Translations under genes and position numbers: made by a program
Shown here: one piece after another, positions 1 to 9,869 of the stretch
How the letters are laid out: each line of letters begins with the position of its first letter
Numbering within the stretch: the first letter of the stretch is position 1
The notes under the pieces: model-generated
What the model saw: the letters and a program-made list of their open reading frames with translations, nothing else
Database searches by the model: none
What the model was told of the DNA's origin: nothing
Source: Methanothermobacter thermautotrophicus str. Delta H
GTDB lineage: Archaea; Methanobacteriota; Methanobacteria; Methanobacteriales; Methanothermobacteraceae
Reading direction: 5' to 3'
DNA: 32,000 nucleotides
Assembly (NCBI RefSeq): GCF_000008645.1
Contig: NC_000916.1
Span: 1,620,001 to 1,652,000 of the forward strand

Positions 1-1
1 A

Positions 2-157
2 TTATACCTTGCAGGAGTCCGTGAAAGGTACCTTGAACTTGCAGATAAAAACGGGTTCTACACTGTGAATGCTGAAAGGGGGGTTAACCTGATCCAGAGG
101 GATATAAGGAGGATACTGGCCCCCCATTTTGGCATATGTTCAGGGGGTATAATGTAG
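2..157 (+). CDS. 3' end of an unidentified CDS entering from upstream of the window (...RGVNLIQRDIRRILAPHFGICSGGIM*)
   Basis: My own translation of frame 2 is open from base 2 to the TAG at 155-157. It is convergent with the 208-414 gene. I recognise no family. Confidence 0.4.
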   Translation, partial: LYLAGVRERYLELADKNGFYTVNAERGVNLIQRDIRRILAPHFGICSGGIM

Positions 158-207
158 AAGGCGGCCCCGGATCCTTTTCAGGAAAAATAGAAACTTATTA
201 TGTGAAA

Positions 208-414
208 TCAGCTCTCTGAGCCGGGGTTTTCGAGTTCCTCTATTCTCTCCCTGAGGGACTCCAGGATTCTGTCCCTCGCCATCTCAAGTTCCTCCATTTC
301 ACCCCTCAGAACAGGGCCGTCATCGGTCTGTATCAGTTCAACCTCATATTTTTCGATTATTTCAGCCATTGTTGTATGTGTTATTCCAGGCGGCAGTCTC
401 ATCTCATAGAGCAT
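208..414 (-). CDS. Small acidic hypothetical protein (68 aa), translationally coupled to tyrS
   Basis: An ORF whose ATG directly abuts the tyrS stop (TAGATG on the minus strand). The C-terminal half has a charged, helical composition. I recognise no family. Confidence 0.5.
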   Translation of the reverse strand: MLYEMRLPPGITHTTMAEIIEKYEVELIQTDDGPVLRGEMEELEMARDRILESLRERIEELENPGSES

Positions 415-1374
415 CTAAACACCTTCCATGTATTCCCTTACAGGTTCAAGCATATCCACAAGGTAGTCTGAGACAGCGTTCTTGAGGTCCAGGGGGTGCA
501 GCTCGCTACTGGAGTACATCTCAAGCAGCTCATCGAGTTCCAGTTCCAGGTCGCCCCCGAATTTCTCAGGTCTCCTTATGGTCATCATTCCATACTCTGG
601 CATTATGAAGTACTTCACGATTTCGATGATGGGGTTACCCTCAGTCTCACCCATGGGGCAGTAACTCTTCTTAACCTTCTCCCTTATTTCATCGGGGGAA
701 TCATCGACGGCTATGAAGTTACCCTTACTTGATGACATCTTTTCAGAACCATCGGTTCCATGAAGGAGGGGTGTGTGTATGCATACAGGGGCATCAAAGC
801 CAAGTCTGGGCAGGTTTTCACGTGCAAGCATGTGGATCTTTCTCTGTTCCATCCCACCGAGGGCAACATCAACGCCCAGGTAAACCATGTCTATGACCTG
901 CATTAAGGGGTATATGACCTCTGCAACCTTATGGTCCCTGGATTCCCTGGTTATCTGGGCCATACTCCTTTTTGCTCGCAGGAGGGTTGTTATGAGGGCC
1001 AGTCTGTAGACCAGGTCAGTGTATTCTGGTTCTGTCTGGAACGATGATCCCAGTATGAACTCGGTTCTCTCGGGTGAGAGTCCAAGGGCCAGGAAGCATT
1101 TCTGGTTGTAATCTGCAAGTTCCCTTATTCTCTCCATGCTCCCCTTCCCGTTGAGGTAGGCATGATAGTCTGCGAGGAGTATCTTGACCCTGAAGCCAGC
1201 ATCCTGGAGCTCCCTGAGTTTCCTTACCGTCAGGGCGTGCCCCAGATGAATCCTTCCTGAGGGCTCATATCCGGTGTAGACAACGGGTTCATCCTTCTTG
1301 AGGACATCCATTAACTCTTCAGGGGTTATGACCTCCAGAACGTCACGGGTTATGGTTTTCAGCGAATCATCCAT
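415..1374 (-). CDS. tyrS: Tyrosyl-tRNA synthetase (archaeal type)
   Basis: Class I motifs HLGH and KMSSSKGN are present. The length (319 aa) and near-collinear similarity to the remembered M. jannaschii TyrRS sequence ([35 protein letters not shown]) support the call. Confidence 0.96.
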
Positions 1375-1378
1375 TCAA

Positions 1379-2437
1379 TCATTCCTCCGCCTCATCCTCG
1401 ATGATGTAGAGTCTTTTATCGATTTCTATGACAGGGACCTGTTCCCCTATATCCAGTGTTGATGTGTAGCTGTCCGCCTCAAGGTCCACGGGTTCAAAGG
1501 TTTCCGGGTGGAGTATCTGGATCATTCCAGGGGATCTTGAGGTTACAGTGGTGGTCTTCACATCATCTGCACGGCCCACAACATCCATATCCTCATATTC
1601 CCCCCAGAGTATGTTCTTTACCTCACGGGTCTCAAGGTCCCTCACACTCACGCCCTTCTTTCGGAGGTCAATGACTGCCAGAATTCTGTTATGGTGGGAT
1701 AGAAAGTCTCCAACCCTGAAATTCGCAAGCCTGAGGGATATCCACGTCCTGTAGAGGCCCTTGCCCGTCGATTTGTCCTGACCCATGAGTCTGGGGGACT
1801 CCATTGTTATCCCCCCGAGTTTCTCCCGGATGGCGTCCACAACCTTCCGGGCGGATTTGTGGGATCCTATGTAGTAGTCAACACCCTCCTTCACCTCAAC
1901 CCTCTGGGGGAGGTAGGCCAGTTTGTCCCGCCTGGAAAGTTTCAGGAGTGTCCTCTGGACAACCCTGTCAGCTGTTTCTATTTCGGTTTCTGCAAGTTCC
2001 CTTCCATCGGCCCTCAGCTGTATAACCGCCTCATAGTAGCCGGAGCTCTGTTTACTGCAGGTGGGGCATACTGTGTTGGTGATGCGGACCTCCACCTCGT
2101 ATTCCTGGCTGAGCCGCTTCCCGAGGACCTCTGCATCAACCTCCACAAGGCACCTGTAGATGGTGCCCCTCTCCTGCATTATTTCGAGTTCGATTTCAGG
2201 GTTCTCAACGGGTTCATCCCAGCTTATACTGTCCTCAAGGGCCCTGTACACGATTTCCTCGTCTGGGAGTCCTTCATCCAGCCACTGACCACTTATAAAC
2301 TTTGCACGGCAGTGGCTGCATACCCTGACCTCTATTCTGTCAGGTATCCTGAGGATACTGTAGTCCTCAAGGAAACAGTCCCTGCAGAGGCCTTCATATA
2401 ATTCAGAATCAGAACTACCGCATCTGACACAGAACAT
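1379..2437 (-). CDS. NMD3-family protein (archaeal homologue of the 60S export adaptor)
   Basis: The N-terminal CxxC...CxxC zinc motifs (CVRCG...CRDC, CSHC...) and the 352-aa length are typical of archaeal NMD3-like proteins. Confidence 0.8.
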   Translation of the reverse strand: MFCVRCGSSDSELYEGLCRDCFLEDYSILRIPDRIEVRVCSHCRAKFISGQWLDEGLPDEEIVYRALEDSISWDEPVENPEIELEIMQERGTIYRCLVEVDAEVLGKRLSQEYEVEVRITNTVCPTCSKQSSGYYEAVIQLRADGRELAETEIETADRVVQRTLLKLSRRDKLAYLPQRVEVKEGVDYYIGSHKSARKVVDAIREKLGGITMESPRLMGQDKSTGKGLYRTWISLRLANFRVGDFLSHHNRILAVIDLRKKGVSVRDLETREVKNILWGEYEDMDVVGRADDVKTTTVTSRSPGMIQILHPETFEPVDLEADSYTSTLDIGEQVPVIEIDKRLYIIEDEAEE

Positions 2438-2463
2438 TTTCTATGGCTGCTCCTCTCTGTTCT

Positions 2464-2871
2464 CTAGACGTTCTTGAGGGGGGCCTTGGCACCACAGGCC
2501 TCACACTTGAGGAGTGATATGCGGCCCTCCCTGATTATCCTTGTGTCCGGTCTGTTGCATTCGTGGCATATGACGAACTTGTTCACGTAGTCCTCTATCC
2601 TCTCATTTATGAGGAAGTGGGTGAATTTTCCCTGAAGTATGGCCCTTCCGCCCTCAAGATTCCCTGCGGTACCCAGTTCCCTCAGAAGGAATTTCAGCAG
2701 GTGCTGCGGGTCCCTGTTGAGGGCATCTGCAACCTCCCTGAAGTTCTGTATGAATGTCCTGTTTCCCTGTATGACAGAGTATGCCTTTGGAACCTCAAAA
2801 CGTTTTGTTTCAAACACTTCAGGGGGCAGCTGGTCTATTGCCCTTTCAAGTAATTTTTCATAATCATCCAT
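2464..2871 (-). CDS. eif2b: Translation initiation factor aIF2 subunit beta
   Basis: A 135-aa protein with a C-terminal zinc ribbon (CHECNRPDT...CEACG) and the conserved [11 protein letters not shown] core. Confidence 0.94.
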   Translation of the reverse strand: MDDYEKLLERAIDQLPPEVFETKRFEVPKAYSVIQGNRTFIQNFREVADALNRDPQHLLKFLLRELGTAGNLEGGRAILQGKFTHFLINERIEDYVNKFVICHECNRPDTRIIREGRISLLKCEACGAKAPLKNV

Positions 2872-2908
2872 AACTGATACCTCCAGTAAAAGTGTGTAAA
2901 TGGAAAAT

Positions 2909-4909
2909 TCAGACTATCTTAAGGTATCCCCTTGCGGGTTCAAATATGGCTCCCTTGTCCTTGAGGATCCTTATTAGTTCTTCAACCTTTTCCTCACTTA
3001 CATTATATCTATCCATCATCTCAGTTATAAGAATATTGGTGGGTGCCCTGCCACCGTAGTCATCCTCATATTCCTTTATGAGTTCAAGGAGAAGTCTGAA
3101 CTTATCCCTCTCTGATTTTGGTGTCCTCCCCTCAACCTTGTCTATATCTATCTTGCCTGTCTCGGGGTCATAGCCGACCTGTTTGAGGCAGGCCTGTGAC
3201 AGTTTTATTGCCTTCCTTGCATCCTCTGCCTCAACATGTTCCTTAAGTTTTATCTTGGCACTGGCCTCTGATAGACGCACAAGGGCCTCCAGCTGCCTCG
3301 CGGTTATGGGGACCGGTGAGTCCTCATCTGCGGCGCTGGCCCTCATGGAGACATAGAAGTCCTCCAGGACCTGCATGGCCTCATCTGTGAGGACCGGCCT
3401 GACGTTCTTCCTTGCATAGGCTATGTACTTCCTCAGGAGTTCAGGGTCAATCTCGAAGGGCATGTGGTCCTCCTTGTGTGTCTTGAGGATGTGCCTTGCA
3501 AGCTCCCTGTCCTTCTCCTCATCCGGTTTGTCCTCAACCACGAATATGAGGTCGAAACGTGATAGTATTGTTGATGGAAGATCTATCTGCTCTGCAATTG
3601 ACTTGTAACTATCGAATCTTCCGAACTTGGGGTTTGCAGCTGCCAGGACCGAACACCGGGAATTCAGGGTTGCCATTATCCCTGCCTTAGCTATGCTGAT
3701 GGTCTGCTGCTCCAGGGCCTCGTGTATGGCTGAGCGGTCCTCCTCACGCATCTTGTCAAGTTCGTCCACACAGACGTTACCCTTATCCCCGAGGACCAGG
3801 GCCCCTGCCTCAAGTGACCAGCCACCGAATTCGTCCCTCACGGCTGCCGCTGTGAGACCGACCCCTGAGGTACCCTTACCGCTGGTGTATATCCCCCTGG
3901 GGGCCAGCTTTGAGACGTACTTGAGCATCTGTGACTTACCGATACCCGGGTCCCCCACTATGAGTATGTGGATATCCCCACGGAGCCTGGTCTTATCATC
4001 CAGTTCCTTCCCGGTTCCTCCAAAGAGCTGGAGGGCTATGGCCTCCTTAACCTCACGGTAGCCGTGTATGGATGGTGCGGTGGACCTTATGATCTTCTCA
4101 TAGATGTTGGGGTCCCCTGCAAGCTCCTTTATCTTTTCCTCATCCTCTTCACTTATCTGGAGCTCCTCAAATTCCTGTTCAAGGAATTCGGTGTAGTTCC
4201 CGTAGATGAAGTTCTTGAAACGTTTTGTTCTCTCGTCCCGCACCGTCCTGAGGGTGCCGGTCACCCTCACAATATCCCCGGGTGTGAGGGTGTCAACCAG
4301 GTCGTCCTCCAGGACAACTGTTATCTGCCGGGGCTGTTCCCCACCGGAAAGGTTCTCCAGGGGCTCCTGGAGTTTCAGTGTCTGGGTGTCCAGGAACTCG
4401 GATTCGTCCTGAAGGAGCCTGAAGGATCTCCCACCACACTCTGAGCAGAGTGATGGCTCTGTGATCATGTTGGTTGACTGTGTTACCGCATGGTGCCGCA
4501 TACACCCACGGCACTCAAAGACGGCCTTAACTATCCTTGGCCTTATCTCATCGGTCTTCCTGACGATGCCATCAACTGCCACGAACTTACCTATGAATTT
4601 ACTCCGGAGCTCCCTGAGGGGTATTACGTTGCTGATCCCGCTGAACCTTATGTTGAGGTCCACATTCTTTCGGAGGCGGTCGATGTTCCTTATGGCCTGC
4701 TGGGCCGCCCTTATCACATCATCGGGTTTTTCGATGAGGAGGTCTGCAAGGTCAGGGTCAAACATTTCAAGGTCAAGATAATCAACTTCAATTGATCTGA
4801 CGTTTGGATATTTCTCTATTGCCTCAAATACCCTGTCCTTGTAGTCCTGCAGTGAAAAGAATTCCTCAAATTTTGTAAGTGTCTTGCTCTTATCCACGGT
4901 TTTCATCAT
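2909..4909 (-). CDS. mcm: MCM replicative helicase (666 aa)
   Basis: Walker A GDPGIGKS, Walker B CVDELDK, arginine finger SRFDL and the zinc motif CRGC...CSEC are all present. The sequence matches my memory of MthMCM. Confidence 0.98.
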   Translation of the reverse strand: MMKTVDKSKTLTKFEEFFSLQDYKDRVFEAIEKYPNVRSIEVDYLDLEMFDPDLADLLIEKPDDVIRAAQQAIRNIDRLRKNVDLNIRFSGISNVIPLRELRSKFIGKFVAVDGIVRKTDEIRPRIVKAVFECRGCMRHHAVTQSTNMITEPSLCSECGGRSFRLLQDESEFLDTQTLKLQEPLENLSGGEQPRQITVVLEDDLVDTLTPGDIVRVTGTLRTVRDERTKRFKNFIYGNYTEFLEQEFEELQISEEDEEKIKELAGDPNIYEKIIRSTAPSIHGYREVKEAIALQLFGGTGKELDDKTRLRGDIHILIVGDPGIGKSQMLKYVSKLAPRGIYTSGKGTSGVGLTAAAVRDEFGGWSLEAGALVLGDKGNVCVDELDKMREEDRSAIHEALEQQTISIAKAGIMATLNSRCSVLAAANPKFGRFDSYKSIAEQIDLPSTILSRFDLIFVVEDKPDEEKDRELARHILKTHKEDHMPFEIDPELLRKYIAYARKNVRPVLTDEAMQVLEDFYVSMRASAADEDSPVPITARQLEALVRLSEASAKIKLKEHVEAEDARKAIKLSQACLKQVGYDPETGKIDIDKVEGRTPKSERDKFRLLLELIKEYEDDYGGRAPTNILITEMMDRYNVSEEKVEELIRILKDKGAIFEPARGYLKIV

Positions 4910-4929
4910 GGAAAGTATATTATGATAAC

Positions 4930-4937
4930 ATTATAAA
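4930..4937 (-). promoter_or_regulatory. TATA box (TTTATAAT on the minus strand) 21-28 nt upstream of the MCM ATG, implying a leaderless or very short-leader mRNA
   Basis: The sequence attataaa at 4930-4937 reads TTTATAAT on the minus strand. There is no SD sequence between it and the ATG. Confidence 0.45.
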
Positions 4938-5054
4938 CCTTAGTCTGTGCACAGATAACTGTAAACAGAACTTAGTTTAGCGTGCTCTGGAGGGACCAGA
5001 TCAGATATAAAACTGTGAACTGAGAGCTGAATCCACGGCAACGGGGTTGATAGA

Positions 5055-5489
5055 ATGAAGAGATCAAGGATAAACCTTTTTAAACTGACTTCAATGACCA
5101 TATCCGTCCTGGGAGTTCTTCTTATAATAGGAACAATCCTGGTATTTGCCTACATAGGTGTTGATACCATCTCAGATGCAATATCAGGTAGTGTGAACAG
5201 GGGGGAGGAGTACGATGAACTTGCAAAGCTTCAGAGCGACTACTCTTCCCTGAAGGTCCAGTACGATTCAGTCAAGAAGGAGGTATACCAGAGGAACAAT
5301 GATAACCTCACGAAGACCTACCTGAATGCTGAAATAGAACTTGTGAAGGCAAGGTCAGCTATAGACGACGTTAAAAGTGCACTTGAGACCAGCAAGCCCA
5401 AATCAGAGGTTGATGAAAGGATTAAAACGGCCAGGTATCAGCTACAGGTAGCCTCACAGGCCCTGAGTGATGTGAGGGCCCTCATGTAG
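5055..5489 (+). CDS. Membrane-anchored coiled-coil protein, function unknown
   Basis: It has an N-terminal TM helix (ISVLGVLLIIGTILVFAYIGV) followed by heptad-like charged sequence. An SD-like GGGGT lies upstream of the ATG. Confidence 0.6.
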   Translation: MKRSRINLFKLTSMTISVLGVLLIIGTILVFAYIGVDTISDAISGSVNRGEEYDELAKLQSDYSSLKVQYDSVKKEVYQRNNDNLTKTYLNAEIELVKARSAIDDVKSALETSKPKSEVDERIKTARYQLQVASQALSDVRALM

Positions 5490-5512
5490 TTTCAGGGGAT
5501 CCTTCTCTCCCA

Positions 5513-5521
5513 TTTTCTTTT
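5513..5521 (+). terminator. Oligo-T tract (TTTTCTTTT) downstream of the 5055-5489 CDS
   Basis: A T-rich run lies 24 nt after the stop codon. Archaeal RNA polymerase terminates at oligo-T. Confidence 0.3.
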
Positions 5522-5543
5522 ACTCTTATCTTTCATGTGGGTT

Positions 5544-6179
5544 CTAGTGGATTATTCTTTCCCATTTTTCTTTACCCTTGAAGTCCCTCCCCACAATGTA
5601 CATCTCTGCACTGGCCTTCCTTGATGAGGCCGGCTTGGTGGTTTTAAGTTTCCAGAAGTCCTTCCTCAGTTCCTTTATAACCCTGTCAAGCTCAGGGCCC
5701 TGGAATGCCTTTATCAGGATGTTTCCCTTCCTGTCAAGGACCCTGTAGGCTATGTCAAGGACGTTCTCAACGAGGTCCACTGACCTCAGATGGTCAATAT
5801 CCCTTATACCTGAGAGTGATGGTGCTGCATCTGATATGACCACGTCGGCCCTGCCTCCAAGTTCCCTGATTATTTTATCCTTCACCTCAGGGTCGGTGAA
5901 GTCTCCCCTTATTGCCCTGAAGTTTTCAGCAGGGAAACCCTTTATCCTCTGGAGGTCAACGGCGACCACAAGTCCCTCCTCTCCGACCTTATCAAGGGCA
6001 ACCTGCGACCAGCCCCCGGGGGCCGCGCCCAGGTCAAGGACCCTGTCACCCTTCTTTATAAGCTTATATTTGTTGTTGAGCTGCAGTAACTTGTAGGATG
6101 CCCTTGAACGGTAGTTCTCCTTCTTGGCGCTTCTGTAGTAGTGGTCCCTCTTCCTTTCGGCCTGCCACCGTTTACCCAT
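5544..6179 (-). CDS. rlmE: 23S rRNA 2'-O-ribose methyltransferase RlmE (FtsJ/RrmJ family)
   Basis: It has the SAM-binding motif [14 protein letters not shown], the FtsJ-type N-terminus RSRASYKL, and a length of 211 aa. Confidence 0.9.
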   Translation of the reverse strand: MGKRWQAERKRDHYYRSAKKENYRSRASYKLLQLNNKYKLIKKGDRVLDLGAAPGGWSQVALDKVGEEGLVVAVDLQRIKGFPAENFRAIRGDFTDPEVKDKIIRELGGRADVVISDAAPSLSGIRDIDHLRSVDLVENVLDIAYRVLDRKGNILIKAFQGPELDRVIKELRKDFWKLKTTKPASSRKASAEMYIVGRDFKGKEKWERIIH

Positions 6180-6183
6180 ATGA

Positions 6184-6702
6184 TCACCTCCTGAAATTCA
6201 GGGACCTGCATACAGGTGCCCCGGTTCTTATTATCTCGGCGTCCAGTTTTTCCCCATCAATTCTGAGCACCATGACACTTGGATCCGTGAGGCGAGGCAC
6301 GGTGGGGCTTCCAGGGTTAAGGAGGACCATATCTTCAAGTTCCCTTATGAAGGGCTGGTGGGTGTGCCCGCTTATCAGGACATCGGCTCCCAGTTCAAGG
6401 CCGAGGTACCTCAGCTGCTGGGTGTCACCCCGGGGGTAGACCTCACCGTGGATTAGCCCCACCCTGAAGGATTCGATCTCAAATAGCCTTGACCTGGGGG
6501 TTTCTATACCATAGTGGCGGTCCATGTTTCCCTGCACACACTCCACAGGGGCCAGTGTTTCGAGTTCCGTGAGGATATCAGGGGATGTTAGATCACCTGC
6601 ATGGAGTATCAGTTCAACGTCCCTGAAGGCATCAAAAACGGCCTCCGGGATCTCTGATGCCCTGTCAGGTATATGTGTATCTGATATAACGCCTATAAGC
6701 AT
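6184..6702 (-). CDS. MJ0936-family metallophosphoesterase (YfcE-like phosphodiesterase)
   Basis: Motifs SDTH, GDL, GNMD, GHTH and the 172-aa length fit this family. An AAGGAGAG SD lies upstream. Confidence 0.85.
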   Translation of the reverse strand: MLIGVISDTHIPDRASEIPEAVFDAFRDVELILHAGDLTSPDILTELETLAPVECVQGNMDRHYGIETPRSRLFEIESFRVGLIHGEVYPRGDTQQLRYLGLELGADVLISGHTHQPFIRELEDMVLLNPGSPTVPRLTDPSVMVLRIDGEKLDAEIIRTGAPVCRSLNFRR

Positions 6703-6762
6703 CTCAACTCTCCTTGATGTGCTTGATTTTAAGACATCTGCTGGATGTATGCTTTAAAGTTA

Positions 6763-6845
6763 GTTATCTCTATTCCTTTAATTAGTTTTTCCGGGATCTG
6801 GATGGAGAAGGGAACATGTTATCTCTGTTCCTTTAATTAGTTTTT
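6763..6845. repeat. Two direct copies of a 28-bp AT-rich element (GTTATCTCT[A/G]TTCCTTTAATTAGTTTTT), period 55 bp
   Basis: Copy 1 is at 6763-6790 and copy 2 at 6818-6845, with 1 mismatch. They lie upstream of the minus-strand 6184-6702 gene. Confidence 0.9.
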
Positions 6846-7078
6846 TCATTTAGAGGAGAAGATAAAATGGAATGAAATTATGGTGGGCAGGTTATCCTAC
6901 AAACTCCTTAAACCCATACCCATCATTTAACCTTGGAGGTCAAGTCTTTTAGGGGCCGGTTCCATCATAGAACCCCAACTCAAAGGGGCACAGGGGCACC
7001 TGCCTGGAAGACCTTCAAAGCGGAGGTAAGCATCGACCGGGTATTGCTCTTCTTTCAGATATTCTGTAATGAACGTTA

Positions 7079-7447
7079 TCAGTCACCTGCAAGGAAACCT
7101 CCAATCGCCCCGCCAATACCCATGAAGAGCATTGACACAATCAGGAGGGCCAGCACGAGCACTCCCCCTGCAAAGGCTCCAATCAGGAAACCTACAGGTC
7201 CGGCCAGGGCAGTTCCAAAGATCGTGAGTAAAATGGCAACCAATATGCCTCCAAATGCCCCCGCAACAGTCGCATTCCAGAAACCCCCACTGGCCCCCTC
7301 ATTTACCATGAGACCAACGACAAAGCCCGCCAGGAATAATCCAAGGATTGAAGCATGCCCAATAAAGGGGCTGAGGATGTATGGAAAAACAATTGAAAGT
7401 ATAAATCCAAGAATAACGGCTCCCCACTTAACCATTGTAAACACCAT
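7079..7447 (-). CDS. Glycine-rich polytopic membrane protein (122 aa)
   Basis: It has four hydrophobic Gly/Ala-rich helices. The overlapping plus-strand ORF is Pro/Lys/Arg-rich, which marks it as an antisense shadow. Confidence 0.7.
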   Translation of the reverse strand: MVFTMVKWGAVILGFILSIVFPYILSPFIGHASILGLFLAGFVVGLMVNEGASGGFWNATVAGAFGGILVAILLTIFGTALAGPVGFLIGAFAGGVLVLALLIVSMLFMGIGGAIGGFLAGD

Positions 7448-7509
7448 TACAGTTTATGTCTCGGAGTCCTAAAAAACTTTTAGATTTATAGTTATCATGC
7501 AACATAATT

Positions 7510-8985
7510 ATGGGCATGGATGAGAAATCTGTGGCCATTGTATTCCCCCACCACCTCCTGGAGGACCACCCTGCAGCAGGGAAAACCTCAGGTTTCATCC
7601 TGGTGGAGGACCAGCTCTTCTTTGGAGACCCGGTATTTGGACTCAGATTCCATAAGAACAAGCTTGTACTCCATCGGGCTTCAATGCGCTACTACCATGA
7701 CCACCTTAAATCAAGGGGTCTTAAGGCGGAATACATACAATACAGTCCTGACCCGCACATGGGGTACCTCAGGGACCACCTGGAGGGATATGACCGTGTC
7801 TACACACTTGAGCTCCTTGACCATGAACTTGAGGCGAGAATGAAGAAACTCTCCATGGAACTGGGACTTGAAATAACTGAAATTGAGGCCCCATTCATCT
7901 TCAGGAGGAATCTGATGGACGGTTACTTCAGGGATGGGAGGTTCCTCCTGAGATCATTCTACATCAGGGAGAGGAAGAGGCTTTCCATTCTCATGGAAAA
8001 TTCCAGACCAGCAGGTGGTAAGTGGACATTTGACACCGAAAACAGGAAGAGAATGCCCCCCGACCTGCAGGTACCAGCCCCTGTGAAACTCCCAGAAAAT
8101 GAATACGTACAGGAGGCGAAGGAGTATGTTTCAGAGAAATTTCCTGACAACCCGGGATCCATGGACCGCTTCAATTACCCCACAACACACACTGAAGCCA
8201 GGATTTTCCTGAAGGACTTCATTGAGAGGAGAATTAAAAACTTTGGAAGCTACCAGGACTTCATATCCCGTGATGAGACCTTTCTGTTCCACTCGGTACT
8301 CTCATCTTCACTTAACATATGCCTCCTCACGCCCATGGAGGTTATAAGGGCAGTCCTCAAGGCAGATGCGCCACTGAACTCCATCGAGGGGTTTGTAAGG
8401 CAGGTGATGGGCTGGCGGGAATTCATAAGGGCAGTTTATATTCTTAAGGGACCCTATGAGAGGACAAGGAACTTCTTCAACCACAGAGGGAAACTCAATC
8501 CTAAACTCTCCCATGGTGAAACAGGTATAGATCCCTATGACATTGCTGTGGGGAGGGTTCTGGGGCACGGCTACACCCATCACATTGAACGGCTCATGGT
8601 GATAGGGAATTTAATGCTGCTCCTTGGCACGGACCCGGATGAGGTCTACAGGTGGTTCATGGAGATGTTCATAGACGCCTATGACTGGGTGATGGTGCCA
8701 AACGTTTATGGAATGAGCCAGTACGCTGATGGCGGGCTGATTGCAACCAAGCCTTACATCTCATCGTCAAATTACATCCTCAGGATGAGTGATCACCGAC
8801 GCGGGGACTGGTGCAGGGTCTGGGATGCCCTCTTCTGGACATTTCTAAATGAAAAAAGGAGCTTGATAGGAAACAATCCCCGTATCAGGGTTCTATACAG
8901 GCACCTGACTGACAGGAAACTCGAAGAATTCAGAGGGATCCGTGAAGAGTTCATGGGGGAACTGATGGGCCGGCAGGGATTGTAG
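7510..8985 (+). CDS. Cryptochrome/photolyase-related protein of the COG3046 (CryB/PhrB, FeS-BCP-like) type
   Basis: It is collinear with my remembered PhrB sequence (HKxKL..ASMR, GGKW.FD.ENR, EGFVRQ.MGWREF, HHIERLM, PNVYGMSQYADGG, KPYISSSNYILRMSD). A TATA-like ATTTATAG lies about 20 nt upstream. Confidence 0.85.
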   Translation: MGMDEKSVAIVFPHHLLEDHPAAGKTSGFILVEDQLFFGDPVFGLRFHKNKLVLHRASMRYYHDHLKSRGLKAEYIQYSPDPHMGYLRDHLEGYDRVYTLELLDHELEARMKKLSMELGLEITEIEAPFIFRRNLMDGYFRDGRFLLRSFYIRERKRLSILMENSRPAGGKWTFDTENRKRMPPDLQVPAPVKLPENEYVQEAKEYVSEKFPDNPGSMDRFNYPTTHTEARIFLKDFIERRIKNFGSYQDFISRDETFLFHSVLSSSLNICLLTPMEVIRAVLKADAPLNSIEGFVRQVMGWREFIRAVYILKGPYERTRNFFNHRGKLNPKLSHGETGIDPYDIAVGRVLGHGYTHHIERLMVIGNLMLLLGTDPDEVYRWFMEMFIDAYDWVMVPNVYGMSQYADGGLIATKPYISSSNYILRMSDHRRGDWCRVWDALFWTFLNEKRSLIGNNPRIRVLYRHLTDRKLEEFRGIREEFMGELMGRQGL

Positions 8986-9068
8986 TTAACTGTCAATCCG
9001 CTGGGGGCTGCTGATCGATTGAAGTTTAATGGTTTCTACCCTTAAAATCCACAGAAAAATGGTGAAGG

Positions 9069-9764
9069 TTAATCATATCCGGTATAGTCAAGGGCGCCCT
9101 CATTGTAGAGCCTCTGGAGGTCAGATGCGTGGCTGAGTTCATATGCAGCATAGGGGTTGTTCAGGTAGGGATGCAGGAGCCCCTTCACGATGTAATAGTA
9201 GGCTCCGAGTCTACCGTACTGCCTCCAGGCGATCTGGACATAGAGCGGGAAACCGCAGCCAGGATTGATGAAAACGTTACCCTCCCTGACTGTGCCGTGG
9301 AAGACCATGGGCATGGGACCCTCCTGTCCCTTACTCCTGGCAACACTCTCAACGTAATCCATGGCCTCATCAAGACTGTCGAATTCATATCCGTCCGCCC
9401 GGTAGCGGTATTTACCATCCGGGATCCCGAATATGAATGATTCGATGACCTCGCCCCAGTCTATGTCGGTCCGGTACTCTGAACTGATGTATGCAAGTTC
9501 TATTATGGTGACGTTGCCCTCCCGGTAGTGCATGTAGTTTGAACTTCCGGCGTAATGGACCACGAGGGCGCATTTGGATCCCCTCTGGGCCGCATAGGAT
9601 GCCAGGACCTTTGACTGGGGGTGCCCTGGATACATGTCAGGGTTTGCCAGTTTAACGAAGCCCAGACGCCCCACAGGTTCCACTGGACTCAGTGCAGTCA
9701 CCCCGTAGAGGTAGGCGCCGAATAGTAGAATGGCTCCGATGATTATGTAGGATGATCTTGCCAT
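9069..9764 (-). CDS. N-terminally anchored hypothetical protein (231 aa)
   Basis: It has a single N-terminal TM or signal-anchor helix (YIIIGAILLFGAYLYGV) and a GAGGAT SD before the ATG. I recognise no family. Confidence 0.6.
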   Translation of the reverse strand: MARSSYIIIGAILLFGAYLYGVTALSPVEPVGRLGFVKLANPDMYPGHPQSKVLASYAAQRGSKCALVVHYAGSSNYMHYREGNVTIIELAYISSEYRTDIDWGEVIESFIFGIPDGKYRYRADGYEFDSLDEAMDYVESVARSKGQEGPMPMVFHGTVREGNVFINPGCGFPLYVQIAWRQYGRLGAYYYIVKGLLHPYLNNPYAAYELSHASDLQRLYNEGALDYTGYD

Positions 9765-9869
9765 GTTATCCTCGTTGATGAATTACTTATTTATGCTAAG
9801 GGGCCATGCTGTATAAAAGTAACGGTGTCCCAGGTGAGAAAACTTTCTAGATTAAATTCCTCAGATGAA

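Noticed and set aside
1456-4795. Many 60-180-aa plus-strand ORFs inside the NMD3-like, aIF2-beta and MCM genes (for example 1859-2401, 3627-4061, 3968-4444)
   Set aside because: They are antisense shadow ORFs within well-supported conserved genes. Their compositions are Ser/Pro/Arg-rich and no starts with an SD sequence are present.
6763-6845. Possible mini-CRISPR (a 28-bp repeat with a 27-bp spacer)
   Set aside because: There are only two copies. The repeat is AT-rich and non-palindromic, no cas genes or leader are present, and the layout fits a simple tandem duplication.
6950-6990. tRNA-like T-arm (GGTTC-catcata-GAACC) and a GGGGCAC direct repeat
   Set aside because: It is only a 5-bp stem. 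No acceptor, D or anticodon arms can be built around it, and the loop lacks the TTCRANY consensus.
6933-7472. 179-aa plus-strand ORF overlapping the 7079-7447 membrane-protein gene
   Set aside because: Its Pro/Ala/Lys/Arg-rich low-complexity translation is typical of the antisense strand of a Gly/Ala-rich membrane gene. The minus-strand product has coherent TM helices.
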